Shown one piece after another: positions 48,880 to 60,790 of a DNA stretch of 64,000 nucleotides. This DNA is from Mobula hypostoma. Lineage: Eukaryota. A program made the translations under genes and the position numbers. Under the pieces are notes generated by a model. That model saw only the letters and a list, made by a program, of their open reading frames with translations. It ran no database searches and had not been told where the DNA came from. The stretch spans positions 206,896,001 to 206,960,000 of the forward strand of contig NC_086097.1 in assembly GCF_963921235.1 (NCBI RefSeq). The letters are read 5' to 3'. The number at the start of each line of letters is the position of its first letter. Position 1 is the stretch's first letter.

Positions 48880-51060
48880 CCACCACTGTTCGCCAACCTG
48901 ACCCCCGACTGTAAACCCGTGGCAACTAAAAGCAGGAGGTACAGCGCGGGGGACAGAGCTTTCATTAAGTCGGAGGTGCAGCGGCTGCTCAGGGAGGGGG
49001 TCATTGAGGCAAGCACAAGTCCTTGGAGGGCGCAGGTGGTCGTTGTTCGGAACGGGGAGAAGAATAGGATGGTCGTGGACTATAGCCAGACCATCAATAG
49101 GTTCACGCAGCTCGACGCGTACCCTCTACCCCCCATCGCGGATATGGGCAATCAGATAGCACAGTACAAGGTGTACTCGACCATAGACCTAAAATCCGCT
49201 TACCATCAGTTCCCCATCCGCCGGGAGGACCGCCCTTACACCGCCTTCGAGGTGGACGGCAGGCTTTATCACTTCCTGTGCGTTCCCTTCGGTGTCACGA
49301 ATGGTCTATCTGTCTTCCAGAGGGAAATGGACCGGATGGTGGACCAGTGCCAACTGAAGGCCACCTTCCCATATCTGGATAACATCACCATCTGCGGTCA
49401 CGACCGGCAGGATCACGACAACAACCTCCAAAAATTTTTCCAAGCAGCCAAAGCTTTAATCTCACCTATAACAAGGACAAGTGTGTGTTGGGAACCACCC
49501 GACTTGCTATCCTTGGGTGTGTTGAGGAGAACGGAGTCATTGGCCCTGACCCTGACCGTATTCGCCCCCTGCTGGAATTCCCTCTTCCCGACACCCTCAG
49601 AGCCCTCAAGAGGTGCCTGGGCTTCTTTTCATATTACGCTCAATGGGTCTCTAACTACGCAGACAAGGCCCACCCCCTGGTCAAGTCCACCACATTAGCC
49701 CTCTCAGCCGAGGCCCACGCAGCCTTCAGCTGTATTAAGGGGGACATTGCCAAAGCAGCAATGCATGCGGTGGATGAGGCCATTCCCTTCCAAGTAGAGA
49801 GTGACGCCTCCGACTTCGCACTGGCTGCTACCCTCAACCAGGCGGGAAGGCTGGTGGCGTTCTTCTCCCGTACCCTTCGAGGCCCTGAAATTCGGCACTC
49901 CACGGTGGAGAAAGAGGCCCAGGCCATAGTGGAACCTATTAGGCACTGGAGGCACTATCGCACCGGCAAAAAGTTCACCCTGCTGACTGACCAGCACTCA
50001 GTTGTATTCCTGTTTAGTAACCAACAGCGGGGCAAAATCAAAAATGATAAAATTCTGAGGTGGAGGATCGAACTCTCCACCTACAACTATGACATCATGT
50101 ACAGGCCTGGGAAGCTCAATGTGCCCTCCGATGCCCTATCCCAGGGAACGTGCGCCAGCGCACAGATCGACCAGCTATACACCCTACATGTAGACCTTTG
50201 CCACCCGGGGTTACCCGGCTTTTCCACTTCGTGAAAGCCCGGAACCTGCCTTACTCCCTTGAGGAGATCAGGATGATGACCAGGGACTGCCAAGTCTGTG
50301 CAGAGTGCAAACCGCACTTCTACCGACCCAAAAAGGCACCACTCATCAAGGCCACCCGCCCCTTTGAGTGACTGAGTGTTGACTTTAAGGGCCCCCTTCC
50401 CTCCACCGACTGCAATGTGTACTTTCTTAACATAATTGACGAGTATCCGCGGTTCCCCTTCGCCATCCTCTGCCCCAATACCACTACCACGTCAGTTATA
50501 AATGCCCTGCGCAAGCTCTTCACTCTGTTCGGATACCCATACTATATCCACAGTGACAGAGGGTCCTCGTTTATGAGTGACGAACTGCGCCAATACCTAC
50601 TGGCTAGGGGAGTTGCAACTAGTAAGACCACGAGCTATAATCCCCGGGGGAATGGACAGGCGGAGAAGGAGAATGGCACAGTGTGGAAAGCCACACACTT
50701 AGCCCTCAGGTCAAAGGGACTGCCGGTCTCCTGCTGGCAGGAGGTCCTTCCCGAGGCACTCCACTCCATCCGCTCCCTATTATGAACGTCCACCAATGCC
50801 ACCCTTCATGAGCGACTCTTTTCTTTTCCCAGAAAGTCGACCACTGTACCACCCTACCAAATTGGCTGACATCCCCGGGGCCAATGCTGCTCCGGAAACA
50901 TGCGAGGAGCAATAAATACCCCCCAATGGTCGAGAGGGTTCACTTACTTCATGCGAACCCTCAGTATGCCCATGTGGTTTTACCTGATGGGCGGGAGAAC
51001 ACGGTCTCCATCCGCGACCTGGTGCCCGCAGGAGCACCACGCCCCTACCCTGAACACTCC
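48880..51060 (+). pseudogene. pol: Gypsy pol (RT, RNase H, integrase), frameshifted
   Basis: SPWRAQVVVV, DYSQTINRFTQLDAYPLP, IDLKSAYHQ, YLDNITICG, ESDASD, EKEAQAIV, LCHPG..CQVC, IHSDRGSSF, YNPRGNGQAEKEN. Confidence 0.92.
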
Positions 51061-51078
51061 ATGATGACTATTAACCCC

Positions 51079-53215
51079 AAACACAAAATAATTTGCAGAT
51101 GCTGGGATCAAAGCAACACTCACGACACACTGAAGGAACTCAGCAGGTTAGGCAGTGTCCGTGGAAACGAGTCGACGTTTCGGGCCGGAACCTTTTGTCA
51201 AGACTGAAGAGGGAAGAGGCAGAGGCCCTATAAAGAAGATGGGGGAGGGTAGGAACGAGAAGGCTGGTAGGTCCAGTTGAAAAACCAGTAATCTGAAAGA
51301 CAAAGGGGTGGGGGAGGGGAAGCAGGGAGGTGATAGGCAGGAAAGGTGAAGAAGGAATAGGGGAAAACACAATGGGTAGTAGAAGGAGGCGGAACCATGA
51401 GGGAGGTGATAGGCAGCTGGGGGAGGGGGCAGAGTGAAATAGGGATAGGGGAGGGGAGGGGGAGGGAATTACCGGAAGTTGGAGAATTCTATGTTCATAC
51501 CAAGGGGCTGGAGACTACCTATACGGTATATGAGGTGTTGCTTCTCCAACCCGAGTTTAGCTTCATCAAGAAGGCCTCAAAGCCCTCCGCTACTTCCTGG
51601 ATAATAGAGCTCACCAGTTCCCCACCACCACTACCCTCCTCTGGTTGGAGGAACTGGTTCTCACACTTAATAACTTCTCTTTTGGCTCTTCCCACTTTCT
51701 TCAGACTAAGAGTGTAGCTATGGGTACTCACATGGGCCCCAACTATGCCTGCCTCTTTGTTGGTTATGTGGAACAGTCTGTGCTCCAAACCTGTTCTGGT
51801 ACTGCTCCCCAACTTTTCCTCGGTACATTGACAACTACATTGGTGCTGCTTCCTGCACCAATGCTGAGCTCGTCAATTTCATCGACTTTACTTCAAACTT
51901 CCACTCAGCCCTCAAGTTCACTTGGTCTATCTCGGACACTTCTCTCCCCTTTCTCGATCTCTCGGTCTCCATCTCTGGAGACAGACTGTCCACTGACATC
52001 TTCTACATGCCCACTGAATCTCATAACTACCTCAACTATACCTCTTCCCACCCCGCCACATGCAAAAATGCCATTCCCTTTTCACAGTTCTTCCACCTCT
52101 GCCGCATCTGCTCCCAGGATGAGGCTTTCCATTCCAAGACATCTCAAATGTCCTCTTTCTTTAAGGATCGTGGTTTCCCTTCTACCATCATCAATGATGC
52201 CCTCACTTCATTTCCCACACTTCGGCCCTCACCCCATCCTCCCACCACCACAACAAGGACAGAGTTCCCCTTATCCTCACCTACCACCCCACCAGCCTCC
52301 GGATCCAGCAAATTATCCTCCGCAACTTCTGCCACCTTCAACAGAACCCCACCACTAAGCACATCTTTCCCTCTCCACCCCCTCCACTTTCCGCAGGGAT
52401 TGGTCACTCCGCGACTCCCTTATCCACACGTCCCTCCCCACGGATCTCCCACCTGGCACTTATCCCTGTAAGCGTAAGTGCTACACCTGTCCCTACATCT
52501 CCTCTCTTGCCACCATTCAGGGCCCCAAACAGTCCTTCCAGGTGAGACAGCACTTCAATTGTGAGCCTGTTGGTGTCATCTATTGCATCCGGTGCTCCCG
52601 GTGCGGCCTCCTCTACATCGGTGAAACCCGACGCAGATTGGGGGACCGCTTCGTCGAGCACCTCCGCTCCGTCCGCCACAACGGACAGGATCTCCCAGTA
52701 GCCACCCACTTCAACTCTGCTTCCCATTCCCATTCAGTTATGTCTATACATAGCCTCCTCTACTGCGATGATGAAGCTAAACTCAGGTTGGAGGAGCAAC
52801 ACCTCATGTACCGTCTAGGTAGTCTCCAGCCCCTTGGTATGAACATAGAATTCTCCAACTTCCGGTAATTCCCTCCCCCTCCCTTCCTCTATCCCTATTT
52901 CACTCTGACCCCTCCCCCAGCTGCCTACCACCTCCCTCATGGTTCCGCCTCCTTCTACTACCCATTGTGTTTTCCCCTATTCCTTCTTCACCTTTCCTGC
53001 CTATCACCTCCCTGCTTCCACTCCCCCCACCCCTTTGTCTTTCAAATTACTGGTTTTTCAACTGGACCTACCAGCCTTTTCCTTCCCACCTTCTTTATAG
53101 GGCCTCTGCCCCTTCCCTCTTCAGTCCTGACGAAGGGTTCCGGCCCGAAACGTCGACTCATCATTTCCACGGATGCTGCCCGACCTGCTGAGTTCCTCCG
53201 GCATGTTCTGAATGT
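51079..53215 (+). mobile_element. Penelope-like element nested in the Gypsy; inverted 3'-end copy at 51079-51568, + strand RT/GIY-YIG part about 51570-53215
   Basis: RT pieces (VAMGTHMGPNYACLF), GIY-YIG ORF 52542-52868; 14-bp TSD tgactattaacc(c/t)c at 51065-51078 and 53216-53229. Confidence 0.92.
53123..53158 (+). ncRNA. Minimal type I hammerhead ribozyme, best-preserved copy
   Basis: agtc-CTGACGA-agggttccggccc-GAAAC-GTC-gact: all core nucleotides present, stem I agtc/gact, stem II ggg/ccc. Confidence 0.8.
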
Positions 53216-55479
53216 TGACTATTAACCTCGTACCCACCGATATATATACCCACAAGACACCGCGCACTCCAAGCCCTACACAGACACCACACGACACTCC
53301 CATACCGGGCACGATGTATACGCACAAGGGATTACTGATGCCTAACGTGCTGACACCTCAAGTCAGGCCGGAGCCAGCACAAGCACCGTTGCCGGTGCAA
53401 TTGCCACCGGTGCTACACAGCGACGGACTCGACCACCTGATAGACTTGACATGTAAATATACTTGTTTTAAATATTGTCAGTCACTTCACCCTGTGGGAC
53501 TCTTTTTTAAAAAAGGAGAGGTGAATGTGGTAAACCATATATATATGTTGTAACTCGGTTACCTGTCTGGACACGTAACTGACTGCTCCTGTGCTCCTCC
53601 CACAGACCCCTGAATAAGGGCGATTGTGTCACTGCTCCTCCTCTCAGTCCAGGGCAGATACTCAGCATGGTCGAGGTCACATTTTACTGCTAATAAAAGC
53701 CTTTCAGTATTTATTCTACTTCCAGTCTTTTGGAGTAATTGTATCAGAGAGCCTAATTACAATCAGTTGCCCTGCTGGGTAAGTTATTTCCTATGCCCTA
53801 TCCCAAACACCGGCACATTTATATTGTTCCTTATTCTGTCATGGCAAAGGAATTGAGCAAAAGATTCAAAGCTGTCTTCAAAACCATTTTGCCTCCTGCC
53901 ATTTCTTGGTGCCTGACCACTCAAAATGGAAGAGGTCGTATGGGGTGGTTCTCAGGACTTTGCACTAGGAGTTCACAGAAGCCAAGCATAAATGTCTGGA
54001 GCACACCAGTATCCATCTCATTCACCCACCTGCACCAGCATGCACCTCCTATGTCTCACCTGTGACACAGTCTGGATTCCAACATTGGTTTCAACAGTAA
54101 AGGACCCACAGAACAGGATTTGTCCTCAGGGATTACCAAAAGTGATAAGCAATTGTAAGTGACAAACCAGAAGTGGAAATCTCGTCAGACAGAAATTCAA
54201 ATATGAGCTATAACAAAAAATAGTACAGCTATGAAAATTCCAGAAAATCAACAGAATGTGTTAATTATACATTTCAATCAAAATTTAAAGTAATTTAAAG
54301 TGTGATGTTCACCTAAAAGATACCGACTTTCTGCCACCAAAGTCTTCTATACTCTGCCATGATTCTTCAATTTGATGAGTAGAACTAGCAGTGGAAAAAT
54401 TGAAAGTAAAATAAACTTTTTAACAGTTTGGCATTTTTTTAACATTTTATTTCATCTTCAGTCATGGTGGTCATCAGCACAGCTGAATGTCTGCAAAAAT
54501 AATCTCTATAACATATTGCAAGCATGAAATGTGCCAAGCTTATGCACACCGAAAATGAGCTTCCTTGTTGCCTAAGCATACATAAAGAAGTATATTCAGG
54601 CCTGAGGTAAGTAATGCCCACTTTGCCAGATGAAAGGAAGTAGAGCTTGCTTTGTCATGCAACTTCAAAACATTAAACGAATTCGATGGAAGACACGGGA
54701 GTCCGAAATCCACAATGAACTTCAAGTTTAATTTAAGTGAGGCTGGCCCTCAAAATTAAAACTTCTTTTTATTGATCCTTTTATCATTACGGACATGTAC
54801 CTAAGATTCATAGGTTTACCACAGCCATCCACTATTACCACTGACGGAAGGAATTTTCACAATCACAAGTGACACATACGACCAGAAGTTTGTATGACAA
54901 GAACTTCACCCCAATTATTTTGTATGGTGTTCACTGGTGTTGTTGCATTAATTGTAAAACAATTCAAAATCAGAAACAGCATCAGTGGACCAATGGAAGA
55001 CAAAGGTTACTGCACAAACATGTCATTGTGGAGAAAATTTACTTGTTATAACAGGAGCTCTGGTAATAAAATCATATTTCAGCATGAAATGACCTGATAT
55101 ATCAATATTCTTGGAGCTAAATGGCCAGATCATTAACAAATATCAAGGATTCAATCGTAACTCAGCATCAGCGTCTATTGGGTACTGCAGTGGAGGCCCA
55201 GGTATTTGGGATCACTGCTAAAAGCAGTTTGCCCCAGACTCCATCCTGCACCTCTTTACCTCCCAGCTACACCTCCTTGCTCTTCTAACAGTAAGAGATC
55301 TCTGTGAGATCTCTGACTTGTCTCTCATTTTCCCTTACGATGAATGCCTACAAATATAAAGTACATGTATTTGAGAATTTCTGGTCTGTGTAGAAGTTAT
55401 TACCACATACCAGTTTCAAAATTCTAGAGAACGCTAAATGCTTTTGGAATTGAAGTAACAATGTTATTCAGTTCAATTG

Positions 55480-56622
55480 CTTGCATGATTTGTGTTTTTA
55501 GTTCCTTTCTCTTGCACATCATGTGTTGGTCTTTTATTTTTACTTTTCTCTTTAAATGATCTTTTTTTTTATCTTTTCCCTATAGGGTTGGAGCTAAGTT
55601 GCTAACGGCACTGAACAGCGGCTCTCTTGCTTGTATCTTTGGAAACAGCTCTATTTCTATCTTTAATGTCTCTATTTTTCCCTTTCAGGGTTCTCTTGAA
55701 GACCCTGACCTGGAGTTACATGCTGACTTCGGTTCTTTGCAGGAATGGGACCCACTCTTGAGGTCTCACGAATAGCCGTTATTCAAGATACCAAAAATGC
55801 AGACAAGAAGACTAGTGTGTCCTGACAAAGGGTCTCGGCCTGAAACGTCGACTGCACCTCTTCCTAGAGATGCTGCCTGGCCTGCTGCATTCACCAGCAA
55901 CTTTGATGTGTGTTGCCTTCGGAGTTCCAGGATTTAGTGGCTCTGGAAACGGGTGGACTCATGGTCGATGCCTCTGCAGGGAATCGGTGTGTCATGGGAG
56001 ATGGAAGATTGAAAGCAGCAAGCTGGCTGCAGGCTGTGTGCCCAGACACCCAAGATCTTTGGGCACAGAGTTCAGAAAAAGTGACACAATGCACTTCTAA
56101 CATTGTAAATCAGCGAGTCGTTTGTTATGTCTCCCCTCTCGCTGTAAAATGGAGATATATCTTTCTCCCTTATGAGGGAGAGAGAGAGAGCCTTTGGGTA
56201 TGTGGAATTACTGGGTGAATGAATATTCTTTTGGCATATTGCAAGTCTGTGTCTTCGCTGATGCATTGCTGCACGTTTGAGTGCTTGTTAGAGAGTGCCG
56301 ATGCTTTTTTGCTGGTGGGGGAGGGGAATCATTGCTTTGCTGCTGCTTATGTGCGGGAGGGAGGGGAGCTGGGGGGGAGCTTTGGGGTTCTAACATTTAA
56401 CTGTCATTCATTCTTTGGGGCCACTCCTCTGTTTTCGTGGAAGTTTGCGAAGCAAAAGCATTTCAGGATGTATATTGTATACATTCCCCTGACATTAAAT
56501 GTGCCTTTGAAACCTTTGAAATCAGTTCTTTCAGGTTTCTTGCTTTGTGGCTACCTGTAAGCAAACAAATCTCAAAGTTGTATAATTTCTACATTCTTTG
56601 ATAATAAATGTACTTTGAATCA
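55480..56622 (+). repeat. Nested unclassified SINE/LINE-tail repeats with a ~100-bp Penelope pLTR piece at 55819-55916
   Basis: Tails cctttgaaacctttgaa (about 56520) and actttgaatc (about 56620); hammerhead with mutated core CTGACAA at 55819-55853. Confidence 0.5.
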
Positions 56623-56876
56623 ATGAATGAGCAGAAACAGTGAGCAGTTGATCTATAGAAAAAATCAAAGATCCTTTTGCTGAAATAGCACTGATAGGAA
56701 GTCCTTCCTAAAAAAGCACGTTCAGTTGTTTGAGGCTAAGTGACTGAAGCACTCTGATCCAAAACTGGAGTGCTGATATCAGATTAGAATGACTATATCA
56801 GGTCATCACGTTTTGTAAATTCAAATGACACAACTAAAATTTCAGCTTCCTCTCAAAACAGTTTAAATGACAATCT

Positions 56877-56987
56877 TAAACACAAAATACTCTTCAGTCC
56901 TGATGAAGGGTTCCAGCCCAAAACGTTGACTGATCGTTTCCACGGATGCTGTCCGACCCATTGAGTTCCTCCAGCGTGTTGTGAGTG
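56877..56987 (+). mobile_element. ~110-bp Penelope mini-insertion (12-nt inverted end + hammerhead + pLTR end)
   Basis: Perfect 14-bp TSD ttaaatgacaatct (56863-56876, 56988-57001); degenerate hammerhead 56896-56931. Confidence 0.85.
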
Positions 56988-57079
56988 TTAAATGACAATC
57001 TGTTGTAAGTTTACAATGTGACACTTTGCAAAACTTCAAATCCATATCAAAATGTGTAAATTTCTATCACATGGTGCAA

Positions 57080-57910
57080 TGGGTGGCTTCATCAGCAACA
57101 ATGATGAGAACAACAGGTAGAGAGGTTTATAGAGACCTTTCTCAAATGGTGTGAGAAACATGGACAAGGCAAATGTGGGACTCAGGAAGGCGCAGGTCGG
57201 CCACTCTTCTTTGCACATCAATGGTTCTGCCGTGAAGAGAGTGAAGAGCGTGAAGTTCTTTGTTGTGCACATAATGGACAATCTAACCTAGATCCACAAC
57301 TCCTCCTCTTTAGTCAAGAAGGCACAACAACATCCATACTATCTGAGGAGACTGAGGCGGTCAGGTCTCCCAGACCCTATTCAAAGATTTTTCTACAAGA
57401 GCACGACTGAGAGTGTCCTGTCTGGCTGCATCATTGTGTGGTATGAAGGCTGCAAGGCCCTACAGAGGATAGTAGGTTCCACCAAGAGGATCATTAGGGT
57501 CTCATTGTGACATTCACTGGGTGTGTTGTATACGAAGGGTCCAAAGCATTGTTGAGGATTCATGCTACACATTTCACAATCTCTTTGACATACTAACATC
57601 AGGAAGGAGGTACAGAAGCATCAGGATTAGGACTGCCAGACTGGGTAACAGGTTCCTCCCTCAGGCTGTGAGACTAATGACTAATCTGCCACCACAGAGG
57701 ACTCTTCAACTAGGACAGTGACTGTTTACCTGTGCTGCACTTTGCAACATGCATTTGGAGTTATATTTTATTAACTTATTTATGGTATAATATTTTGGTT
57801 TATGTGCTGTGTGTGATGTATATTGTGTGAGTGCACTGTGGGAAAAAAAGGAACATTTGGTTGTATATATGTACAGTCAAATGACAATAAACTTGATATT
57901 GAACTTGAAT
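57080..57910 (+). mobile_element. Degenerate Rex1/Babar-like LINE fragment
   Basis: VKRVKSVKFFVVHIMDNLT, VKKAQQHPYYLRRLR, SGRRYRSIRIRTARLGNRFLPQAVRL. Confidence 0.8.
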
Positions 57911-58629
57911 GTTTTCTGGCTTAAATGAGTGAATTTTGACTACAACCTGATTTCTAAATTGATTGGATAATCTATATGCACTCAGCAGTTTTCTAAAAAA
58001 TTTACCCCTGTTAAATATATCTTCATCATGCCCAACATAGAGCACAAGTGTATCAGATTCCACAGTTCAGGATAATGCAGACTTGTGAGTGTGGAGACAT
58101 AGAAAGGGGCAAAGCACACCAGCTCTGGCTTCCTGTGTGCTCTCTTCCAAATCACCGACAAAATGTCAATAGGCCATGATTCTATATTGGAAACATCATT
58201 GTAGGTTTTTGCAAATAAAACAAAGTGGGGCATTTTATACTTAATGAAACCCATAACACATTTTATTGAACTCCAAAACCTAAAAACCAAAATGTGCAAA
58301 CAATTCTTAAGTAGTCATGTCATCATGTCAGACCAGCCTCTTAAAGTGAAGCCCCAACTCAATGTCAGTGCTTGTGAATTATGTATATTTCTCCCAATTA
58401 CGTTGACTGTTCCATGGATGGAAGAACCACGGGTGCCTCTGGCTTGTCCAGAGATGTGTTGACACACTCATGGTCATGTTGTGGTGCCAGGGGCACAGCA
58501 GCACAATACTCTAAATCTTGGTGGGCCAGTTTAAGACGATCTACCAAAATATGTACAGGTTTACCCCTCTTAGCTATGATAAAAGTCTTTTCTCCCCATT
58601 CTAAAATGCGGAACGGGCCATCATAACTG

Positions 58630-60190
58630 AACCTAAGGGGATGTTGATATGCGTCTTGGCAGACGAAAACGAATGAGGTGGAATATCAGTCAACAGGGAC
58701 CTATAAGTGCAGTATGCCTTGATGGAATGTAGAAATAAGTAAAAAGGAATTGGATTTACTGAAGAGGGTGTAATGCTGCTGAGAGGCAGACCTGGCGGTC
58801 ATGGATTCAGGAATGAAATCATTTGTCACTTGAAATGGCTGGCCTTATACCGACTCTGCCATGGATGACTAAGGCCCTCTTTTGGAACAGCTCTAAGCCC
58901 CAGCCGGACCCATGGGAGACAATCATGCCAGCACTCATCACTCAGGGAAACCTTCACAGCAGTCTTTAAGGAGTGGTGAAAACCCGCACGCATAAACCAT
59001 TGGTCTGTGATCAGAGAAGGTATCAGATCGGGTACCAAACTGAGCCGCCCAGGTGCGGTTGAATGCCCAAGCCACATTCTTGGCCATCGTCGATGCCAGA
59101 GGGATGACCTCGGATCAAATGGTGGAATCCGCCATAGTAAGAAGGTGTGTGAAACTGCAGGAGGTGGAAGAGGACAAACTAGGTCCACCTTGCCGTCGCT
59201 CAGGGAGCTTAAAAAGTGCTACTGGTGCCTGAGCATGAAGGTTAATTTTTGCCCAATGTCATTCCACACAGGCTGCAGTCCAATCACGCACTTCCTTTCT
59301 GACGCTGTGTCAAACAAACTGTAGTGCAACCAGTTTCTGTGAGTCCTTCTTGCCTGAGTGAGAAAGGCCATGTATGGAGTCAAAAACAGTCCATCTCCAG
59401 TTTGCAGGGGCGAGGGCAAATGGTTGAGAGAAACTCCAGCCCATGACTGCTGTTCAGTAAACCTGAACCTCTGGGTCAGTAACTTGGTCGGCTGCCATGC
59501 CAGCATATTCAACCCTATGTGTGCAGCATAAACAGCTGGCCGTGAGAGCCAATTGGCCATGGCATTATTTTTTCCCTTGATTTGTTGTATATCTGTTGTG
59601 AACTCAGATATGTAAGCCAGCTGGTGTTGTTGCTGTGCAGACCAGGGGTCTGATATTTTGGCCATTGTATGCATGAGGGGTTTGTGGTCAATGAATGCTG
59701 TGAAATGGTGATCCTCTAGAAGAAAATAAAAATAGATGAGAGCCAGGTGAGAAATCCATAATAACGGCTACTTTTGATGGGAGGGGGTTTTGCACCTTCT
59801 GCGGAGATGCAATAGCCAAGAAACTCAGTGGTTCACAACCCAAACTGTCATTTAGCAGGGTTAATAATCAACCCGCTTTTGCTTCAGTGGTCGAAAAGTG
59901 TGCAGAGATGAGACATGTGTTCAGATTCGGATGCACTGGTGACAAACAAAAAGAAAATCTAAGTCTTTTAATACAGCGTCAATCAACCATTGAAAAGTTT
60001 GTGCTGCACTTTTCAGTGCAAACGACATACGCAGAAACTCTAACAGGCAAAACGGGGTTATCACAGCTGTTTTGCGAATGTCCTCTGAGCACACAGGCAC
60101 CTTATGGTAACCTCTCACTAGATCGACTTCAGAAAAAATGAACTTTCTGGCTAAACAGGCTGAAAGGTCTTGGATGTGTGGGACTGTGCA
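58630..60190 (-). mobile_element. Highly degenerate Gypsy pol remnant (CsRn1-like motifs)
   Basis: [84 protein letters not shown]. Confidence 0.8.
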
Positions 60191-60191
60191 G

Positions 60192-60550
60192 GCTCCAAGA
60201 GGATTCCGGGAGGCAGAAGTGGCGAATGTGGGAAGACTTTCGAATGGAGGGCGAGCTGATGTTCGACTCCATTTCGCTGATTAAAGCTTCCATTGTTTGC
60301 TAATTAAAGTGACAAGTGAGATTGAAACACTGAAGTGAATGCGGAAGTTTAGAGATCATTTGGGTGCTTCAGTGCTCTACAGTCTCCAAGAAGATTCCAG
60401 GAGACAGAGACAGCAGGCGTGAACTTCATGGCAAGAAGGATGCAGGATGGGGCATGAGCCTTTGTTCGACTAAATTTAGCTGATTAAAGCTTCCATTGTT
60501 CACTAATCAAAGCGATGAAGGAGATTGACACATGGAGGTGAATGTGGAAG
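60192..60550 (+). repeat. Diverged tandem dimer (~190-bp period) in an unclassified repeat
   Basis: ctccaaga.gattcc.gga..tgttcgact..attt.gctgattaaagcttccattgtt..gtgaatg.ggaag occurs at 60192-60347 and about 60382-60550. Confidence 0.7.
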
Positions 60551-60790
60551 GTGAACGTCAGCTGCCTACCTTTTGATGGCTGGGGATCGCTATGTGACTT
60601 GAAACAGGAGAGCCTACCGTTGTGCCCAAAGAATGTTATCCAGGTTTTCTGCATTTTGAATATGGACTTGGACTATGGACTTTTTCCTTTCCGACTTGTA
60701 GTCTTTTACATTCTGTTTTAAACCCGATCTTTCTCGTTTTCTTGTGTGCGTGTAGGAGGATTTGGGAGCCAATGCTGTTGTGTTCTTTAT

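Larger units (their letters stand above)
47181..53746 (+). mobile_element. Complete (disabled) Gypsy/Ty3 LTR retrotransposon with 5-bp TSD GAGAG
   Basis: 5' LTR 47181-47415 and 3' LTR 53526-53746 (TG..CA); TSD 47176-47180 and 53747-53751; PPT aaaaaaggagaggtgaa before the 3' LTR; domain order gag-PR-RT-RH-IN. Confidence 0.95.

Noticed and set aside
54462..54613. Possible exon ending gag|gtaagt
   Set aside because: No recognisable product; cannot be supported without RNA data.
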